This document shows, one piece after another, positions 37,301-49,220 of a stretch of 64,000 bases of DNA. Positions within the stretch are counted from its first letter, which is position 1. Each line of letters opens with the position of its first letter. This DNA is from Entomortierella parvispora E1425. Taxonomy: Eukaryota > Fungi > Mortierellomycota. The translations under genes were made by a program, and so were the position numbers. The stretch lies in NCBI GenBank assembly GCA_020891255.1, contig BQFW01000009.1, forward strand, positions 1,674,001 through 1,738,000. Reading direction: 5' to 3'. The notes beneath the pieces were generated by a model, which did no database searches, had not been told where the DNA came from, and saw only the letters and a list, made by a program, of their open reading frames with translations.

Positions 37301-39596
37301 TATGCCAACTGTTACTGCTGGTGCCAACGTTGGTGCTCCCTTGGCTCTCACCAACGTCCCCTTCGCTGTTGCAGATGCCGCTGCCATGGGCGACTTTGTC
37401 GGTTACTCTCTCAAGGCTGAGTCCTTTGAGTGGGAGGTTTCTGCCACCGAGATGGTTGTTTTCGCCATGGGTGCTCCCATCCCCCACATCAACATGAAGA
37501 AGCGCGTCACCCTGAAGGGCTTCAACGGTCTCAGCGGATTGGCCATCAATGCTTTCAACCTGCCCTCGAACGACCCCGATGGCATCCATCTTGTCCTTGC
37601 CGCCACTCTCCCCAACCCCTCCAGCGTCGGCATTGAGCTCGGTAACGTCAGCTTCTGTAATATTTTCCAAGGTCAGGAGCTCGGCTATGTTTCCACTGTC
37701 GGTATGAGCCTCCAGCCCAACTCGGTCTCGCCCGTCAACATGGCCGGTACTCTTGTTCGTCAGACCTCCGAGGCCGGCCTTGCCGCCCTTGGTGATCTCT
37801 TTGCTGTCACCCTTGCCGGTGGTAGCCCCTCTTTGACTGTCAAGGGTCGCTCCGTCACCCCTGCCAGCGGACCTGTCTCTTGGCTCAGCGCTGCCTTTGC
37901 CTCCTTGGAGATGAACGTTTCCCTTCCCAGCATTGGCAAGCAAAACATCATCACTGGTGTCGCGCTCAAGACCATGACCTTGGATTTCACTGGCCCTGAC
38001 CCTTACAACATCATGACTTCCTCGGACAACATTGTTGCTCAGTACCAGATGCCCTTCACCTTCCCCTTGAACGTCAGCTCTGTCGGTCAGACCATGAACT
38101 TGCAGTTGCCCTTGGGTAGTACTGTTGCTGTCCTTAGCATGCCCATGTCCCCTGCCCAGACGATTGCCAATGGTGTCTTGCAGACCGGCTACACAAACCA
38201 GCCTCTCAAGGTTACCGAGTCAGGTCGTCAAACCTTCCAGATGTTCAACAAGGTCCTCACCACCGATGTCGGCGTCAAGTTCTTCCTCGATGGCGTTGTT
38301 GACACCGTCGCCGACACTGCCGCTGGTCAGGTCAAGATTGCCAACATCAGCGCCTCGGTGGTCACCGAAATGGCTGGTATGAACCTCAACGCTAGCCCCG
38401 TCACCGTCACTGACATCTCGATCGCCGGTGGTACCGCCGAGTACATCGAGGTCAAGAACAATGTCATTCTCCAGAACCCTTCGGGTTTGACTGTCATGGC
38501 TGGTGATGTGACCTTGGATGTCTTCTTTGGCATGTTCCCCATGGGTAAGGTCATTGTCCCCGGTATGGTCCTCCGTCCTGGCCAGAACACTCTCCCTGCC
38601 GTCATGCAGCTCCAACCCCCCAACGCCGTCTTGCGTGATCACTTCTTGAGCGCCTTTGTTGCAGGTGGTTCTTTCCCTTTGAGCATCAACGGCACCGCGA
38701 CAAGCACACCCATCGAGCCTTTGCAGATGGCCATGGCGTCTATTCGCATGGCGCCCGTGATCACTGGTATTACTGACAAGTTGATTGTTGACGGCCAGAG
38801 CAAGGCTTCGCCCATCATGTCCGAGATGCTCCAGATGACTCGTCCTAGGGTCACCCGGGTCCAGATCGCCATGTACAACCCCTTCGATGCCGACCTTTAC
38901 ATCTCCCATATCATGGCCAACAACACCTGGAGCGGACAGTTCTTTGGTGCCATTGACCAAGACGTTTCCTTGATCGTCCCCGCAAAGTCCACGATCATGT
39001 CGCCCCCCATGGAGTTGGTCTCGCCCAAGGGTCCCGTGTTCTTGCTCACTGTCCTTGGAAAGCTCATGGTCACCTACCCTTCCTTGGCTGGCGGTGATCC
39101 CAACCTTGTTCCCTTTGATATCTCCAGTGTCATCACGGCCAAGATTGGCGGCGCTTCCGGTTACGAGGCCAACGTCCAGTACGCTCAGCTCCAGACCAAC
39201 ATTGTGATCCAGGCTGTCTCGTCTTATGACACTGTGCCCTCAGCTGCTCCTGTGGTCGCTACCCCCGCGGCCACCACCGCTGCCCCCTCTGTAACCGTCG
39301 TTGCTCCCTCTGTTACCGTCGTTGCTGCCACCACCACCACCACCGAGGCCCCTGTCGTCCCGACGGTCACCGCGGCCCCTGTCGTGGAGACCGCCACGGC
39401 TTCTCCTTCGCCTGTTACCACCGACGCCCCCGCTCCCAGCAATGTTGTGACCCCCTTCTCCTTTGATTTCTTGAAGCGTCAGCTTCCCGTTGAGGAGGAT
39501 ATCCCCTTCACCGGCACCGATGACGAGGCCGTGACCTTGTTCAAGCAGATGGTCTCCCAGGCCTGCGCCTCCGTTGGCGTCACCCCCCTCTTTTAA
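34341..39596 (+). CDS. Large type II membrane protein with repeated DUF3712 (LEA-2-like) modules, ~1650 aa
   Basis: PFYKRKRFWI followed by one TM helix. Recurring modules: MHNPSPIGIALG, MVNPSSLTIATG, LPNPSSVGIELG, LQNPSGLTVMAG and QMPFGFSLNV/QMPFTFPLNV. Introns near 34628, 34970 and 36687. Thr/Ala/Pro-rich tail. Confidence 0.75.
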
Positions 39597-40159
39597 GGAA
39601 ACAAGCATCACCTCTGTTTGCTTTCTAAAAAAAAGACTCCTTATGTACAAAACTCGTGGCATACCTTTTTCCTCCCTTACCTGCCCAACCTCGCCTTGCT
39701 TATAAGAGAGGTTCCGAAAATACCCCCACCACACCCCCATAGACTTTCACAACTCATGACAAACCTTTTTACACCTGCCAGAGTAATGACCATATAGAAT
39801 AAATACTTGTAATTTACACCCAATTCATCATCGAAAGAGTGAAAACAGCGTGTAGAAAATATCAATCTTGGAGTACAAAGATAGCAGGGCGGTGAAGACG
39901 TGGATTGAGGTAGAGAATACACTCTTTTTTTTTTATTTTGAGGTGTTCAATGGTTGAGAAGGGTGTTTGTAATTGAGTATTTTTTATCTAGTGCACAGAG
40001 AATGGCTCAAACTAAATGGCTGGCCACAATTGTGGGTCGTAAAGGGAGATCCCCCATGACCGAATCCAATGGACAGAGAGAGGGGGGAGAGAGTGGGGGG
40101 TAGTGTCGGATGTAGCAGGGAGGGGGGGGTGAAACATTGCTGGCTGACAAGGAGAGCGC

Positions 40160-41476
40160 TTAGAAGAGGGTGACATAGCCGAACTTGCTGTTGTAGCCCT
40201 TGGTGTCCCACTTGCTCTTGGCCAACAAGGCATCGACCTTCTCGGCAATCTCGGGGCGAGACTTGAGGACATCATCAACCTATATATCGCAAGGGCAGAT
40301 GATTAGTGTCGTTTCTTTTCATCAATTTGTTTGACAGAGTCCTCCGTTGTTCATTTCCAAGGTCAATCCTTGGATTATCGGGTTGTATCCTGGCTGTTGC
40401 ATGCGATTGCTTCTCTGCATGTCGACAGAGCTCGCATCATTGAAAAAGGTAGTCGGTCTTTCCGGAACTCCTTTCTTTCGATCAATTGAAATCGCAACTG
40501 AACCAGTCTGTAAAAACAGACTTTTCATATGCAAAAATAAGCAGGAAAGGTCTCCTCTAATCCAGCAGAATGAAGCTCCTCTCAGGCAAGGGTTTATCAT
40601 GCTGTATTCCATGCACTGCTTCCAAAATGAACATATCCAGGATCCAGTTCCTGATCCTGATAAAAACGTTTTCTCCGAAGAAAAAATAAAGGGCAACTTC
40701 ACGTACGGTGAGCTCATCAATGGGGCGGGAGGTCTCGATGTTCTTCAAGGTGGCCTCGAGATCAGCGAGCTCGGACTCGACCTTGGTGGCGGTGAACTTG
40801 GCACGCTCAAGCTATGGTGCATATAAATAAAGAAAATAAAGACGGTCAGGACTTGAGGAACTGGTTCAAAACAGGCCAGCATCAGCACATCTCTGTCTAT
40901 GAGATGGAGTGACAACGAAGGAAAAAGAGAATCTCAGTCTGCTCGTCCATCCTGAGCGTGATTATCATTTTGATGATTTTTGAATGTCCAAGGGAGATGG
41001 TAGTAATCATTGGCTGTTCCTGAAAGTTGGTTTGCGGCTGAATTAGGGGTATTGGGTTGCTGCGAAGGTAGTGATCGTGAGAGGGTGCAGTGGTAGGGAA
41101 CGACTGTTGTTGTCGGCTGCATTGGAGTGCGGGGCATGGTTGATGAAATAAGAAATGAATGAATGTGAAGACATACAGCCTTGGCCTCAACAGCCTCGAT
41201 GGACTTGATCTGAGCCTGGACATCGTAGGAGGTGGGCTTGAAGGATTGGAAAGCCTTCTCGACCTCATCAATGACGGCCTGGTTCTTGAGGACCTTGCGG
41301 TAGTGGGCAAAGTCGACGGTGGTCTTCTGCTCCTTGAGATCAGAAAGGACACGGCGAGCCTCGTCGTTGCGCTTGCGGAACGCGCTGAGGGCAGCGACGG
41401 TCTCGGTCTTGAGGCCGAGGGAGGTGGACAACTTGGTCCAGTCGATGTGGGCAGCAGCAGACTTGGCGACAGACAT
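40160..41476 (-). CDS. ATP7: Mitochondrial ATP synthase subunit d
   Basis: [16 protein letters not shown]...[21 protein letters not shown]; exon 2 [35 protein letters not shown]; exon 3 [15 protein letters not shown]...[12 protein letters not shown]. Introns 41176-40812 and 40706-40280. Confidence 0.92.
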
Positions 41477-41971
41477 GATGGGAGGGAGAGAGGAGATGAT
41501 GATGATGATGATGATGATCAAAAAAGAAATGGAAACCAGAAACAGATCGCAATGATCCCCCTCCTCCTCTTGAATCGAAATTCAACGTCCCGTCTCCCCC
41601 CAGCCTCGCATGCGAGATTCGATCCGATGCGATCCCGCCCTGTTCCTGCCTGTGCCCAAACAAACCCGCTGCTTCTGCGATGTTAGCAAGTACCGTGATG
41701 AAATCTCTGTGACTGTTCTTTTCAACATCGCCTTCGGGATCACTCTTGATCTATCAAGTGCATGCAATCTTGAATTCGCTCCTGTACCCTGTTGTCATCC
41801 CCTTCCTCTTTACCCGTAGGATCCGATCGCTTCGCCTGCTTGCCTACCTGCCTGCTTTGCTTCCTCATTCTCTCCTTCACTGTGATTAACATTCCTTCTT
41901 CATCTTTTCCCTGAATCTGGCGACTCTTACTCTCGGACAACCTTTCAATTCAATCAACAGGATTCACCTCC

Positions 41972-42536
41972 ATGAGACTCAAGTATCTTCGCACAAAGCC
42001 TCGCAAGGTGATTGAGGCGAGCCCTTGTATCGCCGAGATGGGTGCCATGATCCAGTGCTGGACCGCTTCCGGTGTCGATGACGCAAAGTGCATGCAATCC
42101 GCAAAGATGCTGGCCGACTGCATGAAGAACTTGGTATGACCATAACGACCCTTTCTTGTCTCGACAGCCTCTCTGGAACTACTTTTCAGGACAGGGGCAA
42201 GGATAAGGAAAAGGAGTGATTTCTGGAGAGATATCTCAAGGACATTAGATCATGGATGGCCAACTGCAGGATCTGATAGTTAGAGGCAACTCGCTGGAGA
42301 ACCACGGCGAATATCGTTCGATCCAGGAACGACGCCACCAATATTTCCGGACAATCGGAACCAACAAAGCAAATGCCATGCTGAAGATTAACTACTCAGG
42401 ACTCCCTCTCTGCCTGTTTATTGTTCAAAGTGAGGCTGGAACTAACGCAATTTCGTTTTCATGTTAATAGCCCACCAAGACCAAGCAGGTCAACACCGTC
42501 AACTACCATCTTGCTCGCCTTCAGAAGCAACTTTAA
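41972..42536 (+). CDS. MRP10: Mitochondrial small-subunit ribosomal protein mS37 (twin Cx9C, CHCH)
   Basis: MRLKYLRTKPRKVIEASPCIAEMGAMIQCWTASGVDDAKCMQSAKMLADCMKNL, intron 42134-42470, then PTKTKQVNTVNYHLARLQKQL*. Twin Cx9C and the C-terminal NYHLARL motif are present. Missed by the ORF track. Confidence 0.85.
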
Positions 42537-42767
42537 AGGAGGCAGATCGATTACAGCGGCAACCGACCCCCTACCCTTCTCCATTCATTATTTCTTTGCT
42601 TTCTCGCTCTCATTCTCGTAGACAACATTCACAAATACATTGTACCATAGTGCCACTATCTAAAGTTCTGGGGTTGACGCGGTTATCAGAAGTGGCTCCG
42701 ATGAAGAAGCGAAAGAGAGTGTCGTGGGAATGAAGCTCGATCGCACTTCATCAAGAGTGTGAACGAA
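42497..42767 (+). repeat. Direct repeat, copy 1: MRP10 last-exon end plus 3' UTR; copy 2 at 43793-43985
   Basis: ACTACCATC.TGCTCGCCTTCAGAAGCAACTTTAAAGGAG is nearly identical in both copies, followed by TTGTACCAT, TCTAAAGTT.TGGG.TTGAC.CGG and CGATGAAGAAGCG. Confidence 0.9.
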
Positions 42768-43044
42768 TGCGTTAATCGTGTCAGTTGCTGCCAAGAGTGA
42801 TATCAGCAATACTCAGAGGAGCTTATCGAATGCAGCGCAACGCAAACAATCAGCCTACAAGCCCACTACCTTGCAAGAATATAAGGGGATCATGAGTGCG
42901 GCTGAAGTTCGTCCTTCACTACTTTAGTTCTTTAGTTCATAGTCTCCGACCTCTCGCCATTCGGACTCATGTCGCCTGCACTCACATCGTCTCTAGTGCG
43001 ACCGGGCAAAGAGAATAGAGTCGTCCAAACACGACAATACCGAT

Positions 43045-43714
43045 ATGGCCACAGTTGCGAAAGTCTCACCTTTGCATCTCACACTGGGAAGCATCGTGCT
43101 GCCTCTCCGCAAACCATCTGACGCACGAGTCTTTATATCTCTTGACTTTTTAGCACCCGCTCATTTGTGATAGAAGCTGAATCCTCAACTACAAGGGCCT
43201 TTTCCCTGAAGAACAATGGGATGAAATTGTTTCATGTCAATCAAAAGTACATCCTGCGCCTGGCCCATCGATTGCAAATGCATCGTTCAATGACAGACTT
43301 GACCATTCCTTCTGAAGACGTCTTTTTCCTGCGAGCTTGTTCTGGATACATTTCGATCATGGTAAGCTGCTTCGGACGTAACATCGTCCTTCCTCTGCCA
43401 CAAAGAAGCCTGCAACTCACGAGAAATATCTTGATCACCCTAATAGGGCACGGCTGTACGACCGTAACATAAGTTCATTTGGCGTTGCCTAGTTTGGCGA
43501 GGTCTTTTGGGGTGGAAGGTCTTAGCCCTTGATCATGGAGCTGCTAGACGATATTGATAACGTGTTCACAATCGATGGAGAGAAGTGCTGCCTTGACTCG
43601 ACACGGCGCAAAAACTCGAGTCGTTCTTTGAATAATAATGATGGTTCAATTACGCTGGAGAAGGTGAAGTCAAGCAAAAGTTTGTATCTGAGTGGCCTCC
43701 AAGACGTTGCTTGA
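43045..43714 (+). pseudogene. Probable decayed F-box/LRR gene remnant
   Basis: MATVAKVSPLHLTLGSIVL...DARVFISLDFL, then PLI in a shifted frame, resembles the local F-box consensus SPL..PEI....L...C.RV...W...F.P.LW. Downstream Leu-rich fragments are broken by stops. Similarity was judged by eye only. Confidence 0.45.
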
Positions 43715-43792
43715 GTCCCCTCTCAGTGGCAGCCCAGAACTGCAATACTTCTCCTGCTGACTAGGGTCTGCGACGTCCGAGCACTTCTGCAA

Positions 43793-43985
43793 CGTCGACT
43801 ACCATCCTGCTCGCCTTCAGAAGCAACTTTAAAGGAGACTGATAGTTTACAGAGGAGCAGACCATTGTTTTCTATATTGTACCATTACTGTACCACAGTC
43901 TAAAGTTATGGGCTTGACACGGGTGTCGATGAAGAAGCGTGTGAAGGCGTTGTGGAAGTGGACAAGATCGTACCTTGCATGAACG
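43793..43985 (+). repeat. Direct repeat, copy 2 of the MRP10 3' end (with an internal deletion)
   Basis: CGTCGACTACCATCCTGCTCGCCTTCAGAAGCAACTTTAAAGGAG reproduces the coding end and stop codon of MRP10. Confidence 0.9.
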
Positions 43986-44429
43986 GACAGAGATGTAGTG
44001 AAGAGAAGATCGAAGGGAAGGTGAGTGGGCGTGACGGGAAGACAGAGAGGCAATAAAATCCAGGGCCACTTCCCCGCATCGTTCGTTGACGCAACAGGAA
44101 CCAAGGACGGCCGCACGGATTGGACAAAAGAGGGAAAAGGCCGGTTCCCCAACCCTTCTTCCATGTGCTGAGTTTCTTTGGTCAATACATAAATATTTTT
44201 TTTTGCTCTCTGGTGTGTGTGTGCGAGGGAGAGGGAGAGAGGGGGAAGTTGCGGGTTGCGAGACAGAAACATATAACCTTTTTTTCTCGCTCCCGACACA
44301 AGTGTGTCCGGGGGCACTTTTCGATTGCCTTCTATAGAGCGTTGGGGTTCCTTTCTCTTCTCTTCTTTTTTCTTCTTTCTTCAAACCACACTCCACTTTC
44401 CTTCCCCTTCAACCATCTCCTTTATAGCC

Positions 44430-45859
44430 ATGGGTATTCTCGATATCGTCCCTGCCGGCGTCATTACCGGCGACAACGTCCGCAAGGTCTTTGCCTACGC
44501 TTCCAAGCACGGCTTTGCCATTCCCGCCATCAACTGCACATCTTCCTCCACGGTCAATGCCGCTCTCGGTAATACTTGATTGCACATCTCTTTTTCATCT
44601 TGACTCGATGTATTCTCACGTCATCTCCATCTGGTGACAGACCTGAAAAACTGGACGCGCCATATCATGTTTCTAACGATCGGGTCGCGCTGATTTTCTA
44701 TTCTTTCTATTTTAGAGGCTGCCCGTGACGCAAAGTCCCCCATCATCATTCAGTTCTCCAACGGTGGTGCTGCCTACTACGCTGGAAAGGGCATCTCCAA
44801 CAAGGGTGAGGCTGCTGCCATCCTCGGTGCCGTCGCTGGTGCTCACCATGTCCGCGCTGTCGCCAAGGCATACGGTATCCCCGTCATCATTCACTCGGAT
44901 CACTGCGCCAAGAAGCTCCTTCCTTGGTTCGATGGAATGCTCGCTGCTGACGAGGAGTACTTTGAGAAGCACGGTGAGCCTCTCTTCTCTTCCCACATGC
45001 TCGATCTCTCTGAGGACAGCAAGGAGGAGAACATTGAGATCTGCGTCAAGTACCTTGAGCGCATGGCCAAGATCAACTGCCACCTCGAGATGGAGATTGG
45101 TATTACCGGAGGCGAGGAGGATGGTGTCGACAACTCAGAGGTCGATAACGCCGCTCTCTACACCCAGCCCCAGGACATTCTGGACATTTACAACGCCTTC
45201 TCCAAGATCACCGACTTGTTCTCCATTGCCGCTGCTTTCGGCAACGTCCACGGTGTCTATGCTCCCGGCAACGTCAAGCTTCACCCCGAGCTTCTCGGCA
45301 AGCACCAGCAGTTTGTCAAGGAGCAGCTCAAGCTCGAGTCTGACAAGCCTGTCTGGTTTGTCTTCCACGGTGGCTCTGGATCGACCGAGCACGACATTCA
45401 GACCGCTGTCAACTTTGGTGTTGTCAAGATGAACGTCGACACTGGTAAGCTGGACACCTTTTACAATGTGTTTTCGTCCTGATGAAGGTTATGAGTGAAT
45501 GTATGAACAGGAAATAGAACACTCACCGCATTTCTTCCTCTTTTGCAGACACTCAGTGGGCTTACTGGGAGGGTATCAAGAACTTCTATGAGAACAAGAA
45601 GGTAAACTCACCACCACGTATTTTGAATTTGCGGCACATGAAGCTCTAGAGCCATTGACAGACTCAACTGACTCGATCCATGTTTTTCTTTTCTTTCTTA
45701 TAGGCTTACCTCCAGGGTCAGGTCGGTAACCCCGATGGTGCCAACAAGCCCAACAAGAAGGTGTACGATCCCCGTGTCTGGGTCCGCGAGGCTGAGAAGT
45801 CGATGGCCGCTCGTGTCCAGCAAGCTTGCCGCGACCTTGGAAACGTCGATCGTCTGTAA
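44430..45859 (+). CDS. FBA1: Fructose-bisphosphate aldolase, class II
   Basis: GFAIPAINCTSSSTVNAAL; SPIIIQFSNGGAAYYAG; IIHSDHCAKKLLPWFDG; FSSHMLDLSE; EMEIGITGGEEDGVDN; AAAFGNVHGVY; VFHGGSGS; KMNVDTDTQWAY; NKKVYDPRVWVRE. Three introns. Confidence 0.97.
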
Positions 45860-46497
45860 ATAATCCTTGAGGAACCGTGGGTACCCCACAGTGAATAAAA
45901 AGCCTCCCCTAATTGCATTACATATGGCCGGAATCCTGGATAAAGGTTGAGCAGTGCACAGCTGAATTGGCGAGCTTCTGCAGGCGACGGAGATACATAT
46001 GGAGATCGAGTGGCTTTTGATCTCCCACAAAGGCCGACTCTTGTGGCAGTCTGGGCGCGCGTTCTGGACGCTCTCTGGAGCCAAACTGATCAAAAATAGG
46101 TGAGAAAAAGAATGAAAGAAAAGAAAAATACGGTTATGAAAATACGTGGGAAGGTTGTTTTCGTCGGTGTGCGCTGGGTGGACGAGTTGCCAGGCTCGAT
46201 GAGCCAAGCAAAAGAGAGGCAGAGGACGGCACGGCAAGACAAAAGACAAAGGCAAAAGCTAAAGCGAGCGCAGAGAGCGATGGATTGAGACTCAAAGTTG
46301 CAAGAAGCAGAGTCAAAAAGGAACGGCAACAGGTGACAGGACAGGGGCACAGAGACGGCGGAGGACAACTGAACGCTGAACTGGGTACAGCTCATCATTG
46401 CTCCACCTCCTTCTCTCTTCTTCCTGCCCCATTCTCATCCCATCTTTGCCATCCGCCCTCCCGTCCGCTCTTCTTCCTATCCTTTCAAGTCCAATTC

Positions 46498-48991
46498 ATG
46501 ACCACAGAGCAGCTCGATCCACAGCCCTCCATTGACCCAACCTCTGCTTCTGCAACCGCGAGCAATCTCGCATCAGATCTCAAGAACATGGACATGGACA
46601 AAGTCTCGGCTGCCATGGGCAACTACATGCTGCAAGGATGGGTAAGCTACAATGTCTCTTGTTGCTTGCTGCTTGAGTTCCTTCTTGAGTCAACTATTAA
46701 CCACCTATCTCGGACCTAAAACCTCGAATAGACCATGTTGAACGACGGCTGCCCTGACTGCAACGTAGGCTTTTTTTTTTTTTTTTTTTTTTTTTTTGGT
46801 GGCGGCACTCTCAACATCAACATGTCGAAAGACTGGAATACTAGACTAGCCGGGAACATCCTTGGTGCTAACGTGTAACGTACCTCTGCCACTTGATAGA
46901 CGCCATTAATGCGGAACAGAGAGTCCACCAGTCAGATCTGTGTCAACTGCGAACTCAATCCGCCTGTCGACAACGAGGAACATGAAGACAGCTCTTCCAC
47001 TCAGCCAGAGTCGGCTTCTGCTCAGCCTGCTTCGCAGCCCCCGTCCACGCCTGCCATTAACACCATGTCAGCCCCAGCTCCCACCACAGCGCTTCCTTCT
47101 ATCCCAGGAATCCCAGTCCCACGACCACCCTCACCTCAAAACCATCGCGCCTCTGTCTTAGATCCAATGATGGAGGCTCGAAGAGCGCTTCGCCCAGTTG
47201 CGGCACGCAACATTGGAGGATCTGGACCTCAACCTCCGTCTACTCCCCCTCCCCCCAGATCGTCGACACCTCTGCCCATGCCCCCCTCAACTCCTCCTCC
47301 TGGAGTGGCAAAACCAGTGTCCGGTCCCCTTTCCTCCAAAGGCGTGCCTCGACCTCCAGGACCTCCTCCCTCCTTGCCCCTCTCGCCTCCACCCTCGGGA
47401 GCACTTCTGCCACAGCCAGTTGCTAGAGATATGAGGCGTTCACCCCAGAGCTCGATAGTCATTTCAGGAAACATCCTGCCGCCATCGACGCCGCCTCCAC
47501 CTCCTCCTGCGGTCTCTGTCCCAGTGGTCAGCGCTCCAGTTGATTTGCCCGAGCAATCGACTTCCACCACTACTCCAAGTGAAGTTGAAGTTGAGCAGGA
47601 CAATGAGGATAAGGAGGTCGGGTTGGAGTCTGCTGCAGAGCCCTCAGCAGAAGACTCTCCAGAAGAGAAGGTCGACACCATGGAGGGAATCGAGCAACAC
47701 GTTGACGAGACAGTGCCAGTCGTCGAGGCTGAACCACAATCAAATCAGACGGATGTCGCAGAGGCAATTATCTCAGGTGTGGAAGAAGCTGTGCAGGAAG
47801 AAGATATTTCCCCTGCAGGAGACGCCCCTGAGCTCACAGATACCGATGACAAGGGATTGGAAAGCGATGATGACTTTGAGGACGCTGAAGAAGAAGTCTT
47901 CAAGCCGACGGCTGAAGAGATCAAGGAGCGGGAATCCAAGCGGGAACAAAGCGAGCGAGCCTCTCGATTGATTGGGCAAATGATGCTTCAAGGCTGGGCC
48001 ATGTTGCAAGATCCTTGCCCTAATCCATCCTGTCATGGCGTGCCTCTGCTCAGGAACCGCGAAAAGAAGGAGTATTGCGTGGTGTGCGAGAATTATTTCC
48101 AGCGTGAGCAGGATCTCGAGTTTGGAAAGTACACCATCGTCAACAACGACTCCAAGGCTGCCGTATCAGCCGAGATCTCCGTATCGACTTTGCCTCCTCC
48201 TCCAACCACCTTGCCACCTCCCCCTCAGGTTGCCTCCCCACCAGCTCCTCCTCAAATCCCACCCCCAGCTGCCTCACCTATCGCCAGCCCCTCGAGAAGT
48301 CGCAACCAACGTGATCTTCAAGGCAAGGTGTCCAACTCCATCATCCTCCCCCCAGCAGCGCCTATGTCGCCGAGCTTGGGGATGACCAGCCAGCAAATCC
48401 TTGGAAAGCATGCGAGTGAAGATTTTGATGTAAGTCTTTAGATGTTTGCAATTGCTGCCATCCCAAGTTAATTGAATGATATTCATGCTAAAACTATCTT
48501 TGCCTTGAACTCCTCAGAAGCTGGCATCTGAGGACGAGGAGGCGCGTAGACACATTCAGATTATTCGTAAAGTCGGCGAATTCTCAAGCAGATCACTTCC
48601 CCCTGTTCCTGTCTCTGTGTCCGCTGCCACTTCACGACCAGCCTCGACATACTCCAACTCGTCTGAGTACCATCCTTCGGAAAATGAACGACCAGAGAAG
48701 CACAGTCGTCATCATCACCATCAGCGCTCAGGTTATGGACATGGACATGGCGCATCTAGCATACAGCCAGGTCAATCCCATGACGCGCCTGCACCACCAC
48801 CTGCCCCACTGGCACCCGAGGTGCAGGCTTTAGTGAGTGCCACTCACAAGACCATTGCTACACTTCTTGTTAAACTTGAAGCCTACCGACAAGCCCTGGA
48901 GGTGTCGGAGAGCCCCAAGGAATGCCAGGTGCTTACAGCTCAGATCAAGGGTCTCATGGAGTGTCTGAGTGCATGTCGTGCGACCCTCTAG
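46498..48991 (+). CDS. Protein with two Auto_anti-p27 (SSSCA1/ZNRD2-like) zinc-ribbon domains
   Basis: Domain 1 is spliced across exons: DKVSAAMGNYMLQGW|TMLNDGCPDCN|TPLMRNRESTSQICVNCE. Domain 2: RASRLIGQMMLQGWAMLQDPCPNPSCHGVPLLRNREKKEYCVVCE. C-terminal helical segment ATHKTIATLLVKLEAYRQAL. Confidence 0.8.
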
Positions 48992-49220
48992 AGACCACCA
49001 CGATGCCAATAATGACCCATTCCAATCTTTTTTACGATACATGTACGCCACCAACTCATCATTACAATTTTGAAACGCCAGAAAAAAATAAAAAAAAAAA
49101 AAACCTTTGTTTAAGGGTTCAACTTTGATTCGCATGCATGGCTTCCCACGTCATCCCAATTCTTTTTTCTTTTCACACCCACAGCACTTTTCGACCCACC
49201 CCCGTATCAACACGCCAGCC

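Noticed and set aside
35471-38960. Long antisense ORFs (324, 307 and 246 aa) over the DUF3712 gene, and similar ones over FBA1 and ATP7
   Set aside because: These are shadow ORFs expected from strong C/T-ending codon bias on the sense strand. They have no recognisable motifs.
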